Shown here piece by piece: positions 1-7,700 of a DNA stretch of 39,216 nucleotides; the stretch's first letter is position 1; each line of letters starts with the position of its first letter. Both the position numbers and the translations under genes were made by a program. Origin of the DNA: a virus (lineage: Duplodnaviria; Caudoviricetes); IMG/VR virus record IMGVR_UViG_3300042196_000276, positions 1-39,216 of that record, one strand, 5' to 3'. The notes under the pieces were generated by a model, which was not told the DNA's origin, did no database searches, and worked only from the letters and a program-made list of their open reading frames with translations.

Positions 1-127
1 ATGATGGCCGGCCAGAATAGCCAGGCGTAGCGGTTCGTACTGTTCATTGTCGCTTCCTTTCGGGTTGTTGCCCTTTCCGGGCGGCAGCTGGCTGATCCGT
101 CGCAGTGGTGATGCTGGCGTCTTGGCG
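1..127. repeat. Terminal direct repeat, copy 1 (identical to 39090-39216); probably an assembler circularisation overlap
   Basis: ATGATGGCCGGCCAG...CGTCTTGGCG is identical at both ends. 127 is a common assembly k-mer length. ORFs read through the join. Confidence 0.95.
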
Positions 128-406
128 ACTCCCGTCGATCATTATCGGCTGCTCAGGGTCGTCGTCGGTGCCGCCGCAGTCGTCCGGAGGCGGGGGCGGG
201 TCGACGCACACCGCCTCCCACTCCTTGCAGAGCGGGGTAGCCCCCAGCGCCAGGCACTGATCGACGACGCCGGGGCAGATCTGGAGCGCCTGCGCACAGG
301 TCGCGCAGGTGATCGGGTGAGGCCGTCCGTCGCTGGTGCAACCGGCGAGCAGCGCCAGCAGCACCCAGGTGAGAACGGCCCACAGAGCGGCAGTTATCAG
401 CCTCAC
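44..406 (-). CDS. Cys-rich lipoprotein (possibly spanin-like or a surface protein)
   Basis: Hydrophobic N-terminus ending in lipobox LAGC, then 7 further Cys and a PPPPP linker. Its stop overlaps the ATG of 38387..39136 across the join (ATGA). Confidence 0.75.
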   Translation of the reverse strand: MRLITAALWAVLTWVLLALLAGCTSDGRPHPITCATCAQALQICPGVVDQCLALGATPLCKEWEAVCVDPPPPPDDCGGTDDDPEQPIMIDGSRQDASITTATDQPAAARKGQQPERKRQ

Positions 407-410
407 CGCC

Positions 411-632
411 TCATCGCCTCATCGCCCGCCGCAGGAAGCCCAGCCCGAGCAGCCCGAGCGCGACGCTGATGGACTCGGTCGGGTCCTGGACGATGTCGAG
501 CAGCTCCGGTCGAAACCATTCGAGCAGCGACAGCACCAGCAAGGCGCCGCCACCGAGGTAGCCGATGATCTGGGTCCGGGAAGCGCCGTCGCTACCCGGC
601 GCCGAGGTTACGTTGAATCCCATGAGTGGCAT
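411..632 (-). CDS. Small two-TM membrane protein (holin candidate)
   Basis: Two hydrophobic segments (IIGYLGGGALLVLSLL; ISVALGLLGLGFL), a basic C-terminus RRAMRR and a strong RBS AAAGGAG. Confidence 0.65.
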   Translation of the reverse strand: MPLMGFNVTSAPGSDGASRTQIIGYLGGGALLVLSLLEWFRPELLDIVQDPTESISVALGLLGLGFLRRAMRR

Positions 633-883
633 GATCTACTCCTTTGCTCTGAGTTGCGCCCTCACGAAGCAGTCCTTCGCTTCGAGGAGCTTCCGCAGCC
701 CCGCCGTCAGCTCGGCGGGGTGCTGGGTCCGCCGCTCCAGAGCCGCCGTGAGTTGCTCTGCCAGCTCGCCAAACGGCCGGCTGATGGCCTGGAACCCTTC
801 CGGTAAGTGATTATAGACGAAGAAGCTCAGCAGTGAAACAACACCCGGGTGACGACGAAATTCTTCCATGATCTACTCCTTTG
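630..883. repeat. 17-bp direct repeat CATGATCTACTCCTTTG at 630-646 and 867-883 (RBS plus ATG on the minus strand), flanking gene 636..869
   Basis: Exact match read from the sequence. Confidence 0.85.
636..869 (-). CDS. Conserved small helical phage protein (FFxYxHLP...LRKLLEAKDCxVRA type); possible Acb2/Tad1-like nucleotide-signal sponge
   Basis: Strong RBS and a recognisable widespread phage motif pattern. The sponge function is inferred from resemblance of the C-terminal helix only. Confidence 0.7.
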   Translation of the reverse strand: MEEFRRHPGVVSLLSFFVYNHLPEGFQAISRPFGELAEQLTAALERRTQHPAELTAGLRKLLEAKDCFVRAQLRAKE

Positions 884-1054
884 GAAAACCCGCGGCTCCG
901 ACTTTCTGACACGTCACTCCGAGACCACACGTCCAGAGCAGCGAGTAGTGCTATCCCGCGGAGCCGCGGGCGAGAGGCTGGCCGGAGTGGCCGAGCCGGA
1001 CCAGGAGGATGCTGGCCAGCCCCTCGCTCGTGGCTCAGACGTGGCAGTCGTTTG

Positions 1055-1972
1055 TCACCGCCCGTCGGCCTCCTCTGCTGTCGCGCTGAACAGCGACAGC
1101 AGCGGCAGCTTGAGTTTCGCGCGCAGGAGTTGTTTTGTGCTCCTACGCACCTGTTGTTTCAGGTCCCGGTTGGACAGCCGGTTCAGCAGCGTACGACCGG
1201 GCGTCGCCTGACTCTGGATAGCCTCCCTTTCGGAGTCCGCCAGTGCGCCCCAAGCGTAACGCAACAACTGCTCGTCGAGTTCTTGCAGGGCAGACTCGAC
1301 GGCCTCAGCCTCACCCGACAGGGCACGCACGGCCGCTGCGATCTCCAACCCGCCCACCAAACACTCGGGGATCGCATCGGCAAGCGCCGCGCACCGCTTC
1401 GGGATGTCGAGCGGCTCCGGCTCGACGGCAACCCGCGGTGCTTTCCATCGGTCTTGCCGGAAGTGCTCGTCGAGGTACCTCCAGTTGATGCCGCTCCAGC
1501 CGCCCTCGGCGGCGAGCTCGACGAGAGACCTGACGTCGGCGCCCGACCGTCCCGCGCCAAGACCCTTCTGGAGTTTCTTCAGCTGCGCCACCTGGCGCGG
1601 GACGTTCGGGCGCTTGGCCCTGGCCGTCTGGTCGAGACGCCGCTTCCACAGCGCCGCGAAGTCGGCGAGACCCTCGACGGCCGCGAGCTCCTTGACGATG
1701 CGATCGCGCTGCTGCGCGTAGGTCTCCCTTGTAGGATCTTGCCGCGTTTTCTCGGGCAGCGACTCGCGGGGGACGGGCTCCGACCCCGGCCGCATCACCT
1801 CCTCTTGCTCCTCGCGAAGCTCGTCGTCCGGTCGCCAGGCCCGCATCATGACCACGGGGTCGTGCTGGTGGCCGTGGGTCACCACGACTTCATCGCCTCG
1901 AGTCCGCACCTGGTATAGCAGCTGGCACAGGGACTTGTGCAGCTCAGTGACCGTGACCGTGATTCGCTTCAC
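1055..1972 (-). CDS. Fusion protein: N-terminal Phd/YefM-like domain, central phage replication-initiator-like domain, C-terminal LPLLSLF domain
   Basis: GTG at 1972 with an AGGAG RBS and a GTGA overlap with the upstream gene; the track's 2473 start is a shadow extension. N-terminus KRITVTVTELHKSLCQLLYQVRTRGDEVVVTHG matches the Phd/YefM pattern. QLKKL...AAEGGWSGI resembles phage initiator C-terminal domains. Confidence 0.65.
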   Translation of the reverse strand: MKRITVTVTELHKSLCQLLYQVRTRGDEVVVTHGHQHDPVVMMRAWRPDDELREEQEEVMRPGSEPVPRESLPEKTRQDPTRETYAQQRDRIVKELAAVEGLADFAALWKRRLDQTARAKRPNVPRQVAQLKKLQKGLGAGRSGADVRSLVELAAEGGWSGINWRYLDEHFRQDRWKAPRVAVEPEPLDIPKRCAALADAIPECLVGGLEIAAAVRALSGEAEAVESALQELDEQLLRYAWGALADSEREAIQSQATPGRTLLNRLSNRDLKQQVRRSTKQLLRAKLKLPLLSLFSATAEEADGR

Positions 1973-2508
1973 TGCTGACTCCTGACGACCCCGCGCAGTA
2001 CGGCAAACACGGTGGCGTCGGCGTCGGCGTCGGCGGCGTAGACGACGTAGAAGTAGGCGGCGGCGGCGGCGTCGGCGGGGCGGGAGACGTAGACGAGGCG
2101 AGCGGCGGCGGCGGCGGCGGCGTCGGCGGGGCGGGAGACGTAGACGAGGCGAGCGGCGGCGGCGGCGGGGCGGGAGGCGGCGGCGGCGGCGCCGAGCTCC
2201 TCGTCGGAAGCTTCGCCGCGCGCGTAGCGCCGGGCTACTGCGACGGCCGCCCACGACCGCTCGTCTTTCCACCCTACCCGTCGCATCAACCTCTCGACAA
2301 TTGCACAGGCAAAAAGCCCCAGGACCTTTGCCGGCAAGACGCTCTCGCGGAGCAAAACCCACCTGCGATCCCGTGGCGGCACTCCCCGGAACCGCCGCAG
2401 GTCCATCAGATCCAGCGGGGTGATGCCTTCGCCGATCAGGCGCTCCAGGCGCTCCCTCGGGTACCTCCCACAAGGCGGCTTCATCGCCAGGACGTCGATC
2501 CGCTTCAT
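1969..2508 (-). CDS. Imm5-like / Ala-rich repeat phage protein
   Basis: LFACAIVERL...DERSWAAVAVARRYARGEASDEEL followed by an Ala-rich low-complexity tract. Start placed at ATG 2508, directly downstream of a consensus promoter. Confidence 0.7.
   Translation of the reverse strand: MKRIDVLAMKPPCGRYPRERLERLIGEGITPLDLMDLRRFRGVPPRDRRWVLLRESVLPAKVLGLFACAIVERLMRRVGWKDERSWAAVAVARRYARGEASDEELGAAAAASRPAAAAARLVYVSRPADAAAAAAARLVYVSRPADAAAAAYFYVVYAADADADATVFAVLRGVVRSQQ
2056..2166. repeat. 51-bp tandem duplication (AAAAARLVYVSRPADAA x2) within a GCC-rich tract
   Basis: GTCGGCGGGGCGGGAGACGTAGACGAGGCGAGC occurs at 2071 and 2122. Confidence 0.85.
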
Positions 2509-2515
2509 GGGGAGC

Positions 2516-2544
2516 ATACTACACAAGGTCTCAGCAGCTGTCAA
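2516..2544 (-). promoter_or_regulatory. Sigma70-type promoter TTGACA-17-TAGTAT, probably giving a leaderless mRNA that starts at ATG 2508
   Basis: -35 at 2544-2539, -10 at 2521-2516, then 7 nt to the ATG. No RBS. Confidence 0.75.
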
Positions 2545-3018
2545 CACCTTTTCGCAGATCGGATTGTGGACAGGTGATTCCTGCCGAGCTTCAAGCAGTC
2601 CAGTATCCTTTCTTGAAGCCTCTTCCCCGGCCATCAAGCCCGCCTGCCTGCCCTGGCGGTCCCGCGAGTAAGCTCCAGCCCCGCGGGACACCCTTACTGA
2701 CCCAACTTCGCCCCGAAGCTCGGCGCGAGAGGTGCTCCAAGGTCCAACCCGGACGTCACTGGTGAGGAGGTAGCGATCGAGTACGCTTCCGGTGCCGGGA
2801 AGACACGTCGGCTGCCGCCGACGCGCCGCGCTGGTTTGGGGCTGTCAAGGTTGCGGCAAGCTCCGTTCCCGCCGCTGGTGTCTGCACGTGGATCTACTGC
2901 GGCACTTGGTCTGCGCCCCGCTGGTCTCAGTACGGCGCCGGAGACGACGACCACCTGGTCGCCGCCGAAGCCGTGGCTTTGGCTTCGGTTAATCATGGCG
3001 GCGACACTACCAGAACGA

Positions 3019-3045
3019 CGAAGGCCCCCGCAAGGGGGGCCTTCG
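3019..3045. terminator. GC-rich hairpin downstream of the methyltransferase gene (terminator-like)
   Basis: CGAAGGCCCCC-loop-GGGGGCCTTCG, an 11-bp stem with no clear U-tract. Confidence 0.5.
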
Positions 3046-3112
3046 AAGATGATCAACCGGAGCTGTAGCGCGGCTTGCGCTGAAGGAATCAGATCACAGC
3101 GCAACGTCGTTG

Positions 3113-4189
3113 TCAAGCCCCCATAGCTCGCCGCAGCCGGTGCCCGATCCACTCGATCACGGGTCGGGCAGCGCCGTCGCCCAGGGCCTGGCATCGCGGT
3201 GTGTCGGCGAGCTCGGTGCCGTCGCAGTCCCACCGCGTCCAGTCGTCGGGCATGCCCTGGAGCCGCTCGTACTCCCGCGGCGTCAAGCGGCGGACGCCGT
3301 CGAGGGTGACGGCCTGGCTGACGCCACCGCCGCTTCCACCAGAGGACCGGAGAGAGGCGCCGGTAGCGAAGCCCGTCCCCGTCTCCTGAAAGACGAACGG
3401 CACGCCTCCCGTCGCGCCTTCGGTGTGGAGCGGGTTGGCGCGGTTCTCAGGGCTGGTGATCTGGGTTAGCGGCGAGGTAACAAGCTGGCCGATCTCGCCG
3501 TCATCGAGACGGTAGCCACCAACGCCTCCCGAAGTGAGCGTGGAAGAGACCGCCCCCGCTTCCAGGCGCGCCGGAGAACCCCCAGGCAGGCTTTCGGGCT
3601 CAAGAAGTACTTCTGGTGCACAGCGGGTTCGAGGACCTGCGACAAGGAACAGGCGACGGCGTCGCTGGGCGCAGCCGAAGTGTTGAGCGTCCAGCACGCG
3701 CCAACAACACCACCGCAGGGGGCCGACAGCGAATCCGGTCCCTCGCCATCCGTTGAGCGGGAGGCCGGGGCGGTACCCGATGAAACCCTCCAGGCATACG
3801 GCGAAGTCTCGCCCTGCGGTGGTGGACAGGACGCCAGGGACGTTCTCCCACAAAATCCAGGCGGCAGGCTGTGAATCAGCGAGACGTACGAGGTCGTAGA
3901 ACAGTCCGGACCGCTCTCCATCCAGACCCTGACCGCGACCGGCCACGCTGAAGTCCTGGCACGGAGTGCCTCCGGCGATGAGGTCGACAGGGGCAAGGCC
4001 AGCTGCATCTGCGATCTCCGAAAGGTCTTCGTATAGGCTCACGCCCGGCCAGTGCCGGGCGAGGACCGAACGGCGTAGCGGGTTGATCTCGCACTGCCAC
4101 GCCGGCTGAAACCCGGCTTGCTCCAGGCCGAGGTCGATGCAGCCGACACCTGAGCAGACGCTACCGAGCATCAATCGGGCAGCTGCCAT
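3113..4189 (-). CDS. C5 cytosine DNA methyltransferase (orphan)
   Basis: Motif I SVCSGVG, catalytic GGTPCQDFS, WENVPG, QRRRRLF, RRLTPREYERLQG and motif X LGDG. Confidence 0.95.
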   Translation of the reverse strand: MAAARLMLGSVCSGVGCIDLGLEQAGFQPAWQCEINPLRRSVLARHWPGVSLYEDLSEIADAAGLAPVDLIAGGTPCQDFSVAGRGQGLDGERSGLFYDLVRLADSQPAAWILWENVPGVLSTTAGRDFAVCLEGFIGYRPGLPLNGWRGTGFAVGPLRWCCWRVLDAQHFGCAQRRRRLFLVAGPRTRCAPEVLLEPESLPGGSPARLEAGAVSSTLTSGGVGGYRLDDGEIGQLVTSPLTQITSPENRANPLHTEGATGGVPFVFQETGTGFATGASLRSSGGSGGGVSQAVTLDGVRRLTPREYERLQGMPDDWTRWDCDGTELADTPRCQALGDGAARPVIEWIGHRLRRAMGA

Positions 4190-4250
4190 TTCTCAGTATC
4201 CACGGAGGACCCGCCGGGATTGACGAAGCGTAGCTTCTTACAGCCAAGGG

Positions 4251-4430
4251 CTACCCCTCATTGTAGAACGCTTTGAAAACCGATCGCATCGACAGGAGTC
4301 TCTCCAGTGTGTCAGCGAACGATCCCACTATGTCGGGGGCGGGACATTCGCAATCCGGCGTGCCTCCGAGCCTCCACGCCCGGAGGATCGAGATCGCGTC
4401 TTGCACGTCTCGGACGGTCACGTCTCTCAT
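4251..4430 (-). CDS. Hypothetical protein
   Basis: ATG at 4430 with a GAAAGGAG RBS, in operon context. Confidence 0.6.
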   Translation of the reverse strand: MRDVTVRDVQDAISILRAWRLGGTPDCECPAPDIVGSFADTLERLLSMRSVFKAFYNEG

Positions 4431-4586
4431 GACGACTCTCCTTTCAGTACCCACGGATGATGAACTGCTCGACTAGACGCACATTCGAGTGGCGCCACGG
4501 ATCTCCGAACTTGTCGACGACTGCTGCCCACGGCACGCGGCGCAGGTGGGCGAAGGACTTGAGCGCCGCCGCTTCCTGCCGTGGGC

Positions 4587-5222
4587 TCAGAAAGGGATGT
4601 CGTCGAAGTCGTCGTCGTCGAGACCCTCGGCGTTGCCGCCACCGCCAGTACCCCAACCGTCCCCGGGCGGCGCGGCGCTCTCGACACCTTCCACCACGTC
4701 GAAATCGTCGATCTGCGCCACGCTGGTCCCGCCCAGCGCTTCTCCGTGGCCGGCGAACTGGACTCCCAGCAGCATCGCGCTGATTCTCTTTCCGAAATGG
4801 TTATCCATCGCCCAGATATCGCACCTGGCGTTGACGTAACACCCGGAGTACAGTACGCCGTCCTGGGCCGCCACGAGGTTCTTCTCGTGGTCGATCGCGA
4901 GCGGCCGGACCCGGTTGTAGGCGTTGACGTACAACATCCCGCCGTACTCTGGGTAGTCGTCTGCCTTGTTGTTGCCGTCGTGGAGAGCCACTTTGTCGGT
5001 GGCCCGGAGCTGCTTGTAGATAACTTCGGCCTTCTCCCCCCACTTATCCCTTGCCGCCTCAGCCATCGCGTTGACGATGGCCTGCGCGTTGCTGGACTTG
5101 GGCTCGATCAGGAACGCGGCGCCGAAAGTCGGCTGTTTCGTGCCGTCGTCGCCTTCCCGGCGACGGGCCTCGAAGAGGTGCGGGAAACAGAGACGGGTCC
5201 GCTGCAACATAACTAGTGCCAT
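4587..5222 (-). CDS. ssb: Single-stranded DNA-binding protein, DUF2815/Enc34 type
   Basis: RLCFPHLFE, YSGCYVNA, GVQFAGHGEALGG and an acidic tail ending DDDDFDDIPF. Confidence 0.9.
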   Translation of the reverse strand: MALVMLQRTRLCFPHLFEARRREGDDGTKQPTFGAAFLIEPKSSNAQAIVNAMAEAARDKWGEKAEVIYKQLRATDKVALHDGNNKADDYPEYGGMLYVNAYNRVRPLAIDHEKNLVAAQDGVLYSGCYVNARCDIWAMDNHFGKRISAMLLGVQFAGHGEALGGTSVAQIDDFDVVEGVESAAPPGDGWGTGGGGNAEGLDDDDFDDIPF

Positions 5223-5224
5223 TT

Positions 5225-5602
5225 TCAATCTCCTGATCCAAGCCTGATTTCGAACCGATAAGAGTTAGTGGTGATCGCGGCGGCAAGAGCATCGGCGATC
5301 TTCTTGGCACCGGTGGCGGTCTGGATGTGCTTCTTTAGAGCCGCTTTGATCTGCGGCGCCTGCTCTTCGAGCAGCTCCTTGAACACTTGCCTAGCGGTTT
5401 GTGCGATGAACTCTCGAATCATCGACTGGTAATGGGTCTCCTTTCCGTAGCTCCTCTCTGTTCCCGTAGCCAGGTACTTGGCCACCAGCTCAGCGAGAAA
5501 CGCCGGGGCGTCCCCGCCGCCGAGCTGGTTCGTGAGCTCGTTCAACACGGTCGCTCTGACGAGCTCGACAGGTATCTGGATCTTGACTTCGCTTTGTGCC
5601 AT
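5225..5602 (-). CDS. Hypothetical protein
   Basis: AAAGGAG RBS; tightly packed in the operon. Confidence 0.7.
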   Translation of the reverse strand: MAQSEVKIQIPVELVRATVLNELTNQLGGGDAPAFLAELVAKYLATGTERSYGKETHYQSMIREFIAQTARQVFKELLEEQAPQIKAALKKHIQTATGAKKIADALAAAITTNSYRFEIRLGSGD

Positions 5603-5606
5603 CTTC

Positions 5607-6287
5607 CTACTCCTTTCGGTGCTTCTTCAGGAACCGCTCATGTGCGATCCCCAGCTTCTTCTTCGGCCGGCCGGTTGCGAGCTTCTTGGGCTCGACGACC
5701 TCCCAGCATTCATCCCACTCCTCAGCGGTGAGAACCGCTTTGCAACTCCCATGCTTCAAGGCGTTGGCGCTGAGGAATGGCTCGAGAACCCCGGCGAGCT
5801 TCGCCGGCTTCTCGGCCCCAAGAGCGCCGAGTACCTTGCTGAGCGCTCTGCCGGCCGCCCTGCGGGTCAACGCGGCCTGGTCCGCGGTGTTGCCCTCGCC
5901 GGCGCCGCGGAGCTTCGTCTTGCGCTCCAAGGTGGGCCAGATCAGGACCTTATCCGCTCCTGCCCCGATCTCGAAGCTCTTGACGTCGGCGTCGTTGTCG
6001 CTGAACCAGGTCAGTAGCGCGTCTTCGCGCAGCTCCTCGATCCTGCTCTTCAGGGCCGCCAGGGCCGCCAGGCGCTCCAGGAGCCATGACAACTGAATGT
6101 AGAGCTCCTGGGCATCGGTGGTATCGCTTTGCGGCGTCAGAGCCACGCAGAGGTCCTCGGCGCCCTGGGAGACGCGGCGGCACACTCGCGCCAAGGCGCT
6201 CAGGCTCGGGCCGAGCTCGTTGGCGCTCCGAACCCTGGGGCAAAGCTCCTGGGTGTCACAGAAGCTCCTGGGGGCCTTCGGGTTCAT
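5607..6287 (-). CDS. Hypothetical protein upstream of SSB (possibly a recombination/replication accessory)
   Basis: ATG 6287 overlaps the upstream stop (ATGA). The protein has a helical, charged composition. Confidence 0.65.
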   Translation of the reverse strand: MNPKAPRSFCDTQELCPRVRSANELGPSLSALARVCRRVSQGAEDLCVALTPQSDTTDAQELYIQLSWLLERLAALAALKSRIEELREDALLTWFSDNDADVKSFEIGAGADKVLIWPTLERKTKLRGAGEGNTADQAALTRRAAGRALSKVLGALGAEKPAKLAGVLEPFLSANALKHGSCKAVLTAEEWDECWEVVEPKKLATGRPKKKLGIAHERFLKKHRKE

Positions 6288-6577
6288 CGCATCACCGTGC
6301 GCTTGATGTGCCGTTTGGGTCCCCTTACCTCCGCGATCACGGCCAGATGGGAAACCGCCCCTTCGAGGGTGAGCCGCAGCTGGGCGAGCTGGCAAACCGC
6401 CCCTTCGAGGGCGAGCCGCAGCTGGGCGAGCTGGGCGGCGATCTCGTAGAGGGCTCCTTCGGAAAAGCACCGGTCGGATGTTTCCACGTCTCCTCTCTCG
6501 GCGAAACAGTCTCCACTGTGTCGCAGCTGGCGCGCCCGCAACGCGAGCGTCTCCGGCCCTTCAATCTTTTGATTCAT
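6284..6577 (-). CDS. Coiled-coil hypothetical protein with a 14-aa duplication
   Basis: AGGAG RBS; first gene after the leftward promoter. QLAQLRLxLEGAVx occurs twice (42-bp repeat at 6352 and 6394). Confidence 0.7.
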   Translation of the reverse strand: MNQKIEGPETLALRARQLRHSGDCFAERGDVETSDRCFSEGALYEIAAQLAQLRLALEGAVCQLAQLRLTLEGAVSHLAVIAEVRGPKRHIKRTVMR

Positions 6578-6637
6578 CGTCGAATCTCCTTCTGCAGTTT
6601 TCGGCTCCGTTCCACCCGAAGCCGGCGTAGATCTGCG

Positions 6638-6666
6638 ACTCTAGCAGCAGGATGTGCAGTTGTCAA
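6638..6666 (-). promoter_or_regulatory. Leftward promoter TTGACA-17-TAGAGT with extended -10
   Basis: -35 at 6666-6661; TGc-TAGAGT with the -10 at 6643-6638. Confidence 0.75.
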
Positions 6667-6679
6667 CAGCAACCTGTCC

Positions 6680-6709
6680 TTGACACTGCACCCCAAGCCG
6701 GTGTAGGGT
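6680..6709 (+). promoter_or_regulatory. Rightward promoter TTGACA-18-TAGGGT, probably leaderless to ATG 6717
   Basis: -35 at 6680-6685, -10 at 6704-6709, 7 nt to the ATG. Confidence 0.65.
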
Positions 6710-6716
6710 CGCCGCC

Positions 6717-6992
6717 ATGGACATGGGAAAAGTGCTGAGGAACTTCGGCTGGCACCTCCGCCTAGTGCTCGGCAACGCCGCCGACCGCGACGAGCTTGCT
6801 CGTCGCGTTGGCGTCCACCCGACGACGATCGAACGCTGGCTGCGCAGCGGCCGGGAGACCCGGCTGACGATCGGGCAGCTGGTGCGGTTGGTGACGGCCG
6901 CCGGCGCCTCGCCGGAGGTGATCGGGCGGAGCTGGCTCCGGGCACTGGAAGATGAACGGTTTGGACGGTGGAAGGAGAGCGAAGATGGCTGA
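6717..6992 (+). CDS. XRE/Cro-like helix-turn-helix regulator
   Basis: RDELARRVGVHPTTIERWLRSG is a canonical HTH; the gene sits at the divergent promoter. Confidence 0.85.
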   Translation: MDMGKVLRNFGWHLRLVLGNAADRDELARRVGVHPTTIERWLRSGRETRLTIGQLVRLVTAAGASPEVIGRSWLRALEDERFGRWKESEDG

Positions 6993-7533
6993 CAGCCCCC
7001 TGATCCGAAGGGTCCTTGCTTTCGACATCGGCACCGGTTTGCGTGGGTCCGGGGTCGTCGAGATCGAGTCGACGGCGTCGGCAAAGAATCCGGTATGTGC
7101 CGCTAACACCAGGGTCACGTACCGGGCAATGAAGAGGAACAGCGTCCTCTTGCGGGGGCCGCTTTGCCTCGCTCGAACCGAGGTGGTTTTCGAGGGTCTG
7201 GCCTCCTACACCGGCGGCAAGTCTGTCGACCGGACACTGCTGTGGATCGGTCGCCTGTGGGAGACCTACAGGCACTATAAGCGTGCGATGGTGCTCCGCC
7301 AGACCGCCAGGGCACACCTGGTCGGCGCCTCGAAAGGGGCCGACGCGAAGATCAAGCAGGAGCTACGCAACCGCTTCGGTGGCGTCGGGGCAACGGACCG
7401 GGACGTGAAGGGCACAAGGGACAAGCCTGGTCCGCTCTATGGCATCAAGGCAGACATGTGGTCAGCACTGGCCGTCGCCGTCGCCTACGTCGAAGGGGCT
7501 CGGCAGGAATATCCCTTCGGAGAGTTTGCATAA
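6985..7533 (+). CDS. RuvC-like Holliday junction resolvase
   Basis: VLAFDIG, VVFEG, GADAKIKQEL and ADMWSALAVAV give the RNase H-fold acidic motifs. Confidence 0.8.
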   Translation: MADSPLIRRVLAFDIGTGLRGSGVVEIESTASAKNPVCAANTRVTYRAMKRNSVLLRGPLCLARTEVVFEGLASYTGGKSVDRTLLWIGRLWETYRHYKRAMVLRQTARAHLVGASKGADAKIKQELRNRFGGVGATDRDVKGTRDKPGPLYGIKADMWSALAVAVAYVEGARQEYPFGEFA

Positions 7534-7700
7534 TGAACGAGTGGAGTGACCGCGAAGGCGAAGAGATCGACCAGAATTGTGACCTGTGCGACGGCTACGG
7601 CTGGGTGGCCGTCGGGGACCTCGACCCGTACGCCGACAACATGAATCTGGAGGGCCTTGACGATGACGATATCGTCGAGTGCCCGGGGTGCTCGCGATGA
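7533..7700 (+). CDS. Small acidic zinc-finger protein
   Basis: CDLCDGYG...CPGC; TAATG coupling to the upstream gene. Confidence 0.65.
   Translation: MNEWSDREGEEIDQNCDLCDGYGWVAVGDLDPYADNMNLEGLDDDDIVECPGCSR

Noticed and set aside
1-127. 127-bp terminal repeat as a biological DTR
   Set aside because: The length equals a common assembler k-mer and the repeat cuts through coding sequence, so it is best explained as circular overlap.
1973-2473. Arg-rich N-terminal extension of ORF 1055..2473
   Set aside because: It is an alternative-frame read of the GCC-rich tract of gene 1969..2508. The real start is GTG 1972, which has an RBS.
1969-2508. A complete diversity-generating retroelement
   Set aside because: No reverse transcriptase, Avd or template repeat was found in the genome; only the codon pattern is reported.
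1055-2508. Classical toxin-antitoxin pair
   Set aside because: No Doc, RelE or PIN toxin motif is adjacent, and the Phd-like domain is fused to a much larger protein.
2694-3233. 179-aa minus-strand ORF between the methyltransferase and Imm5-like genes
   Set aside because: It overlaps the methyltransferase gene and a hairpin, has no RBS and has a non-protein-like composition; it is probably non-coding.
3113-4189. Restriction-modification system
   Set aside because: There is no adjacent restriction endonuclease; orphan phage methyltransferases are common anti-restriction genes.
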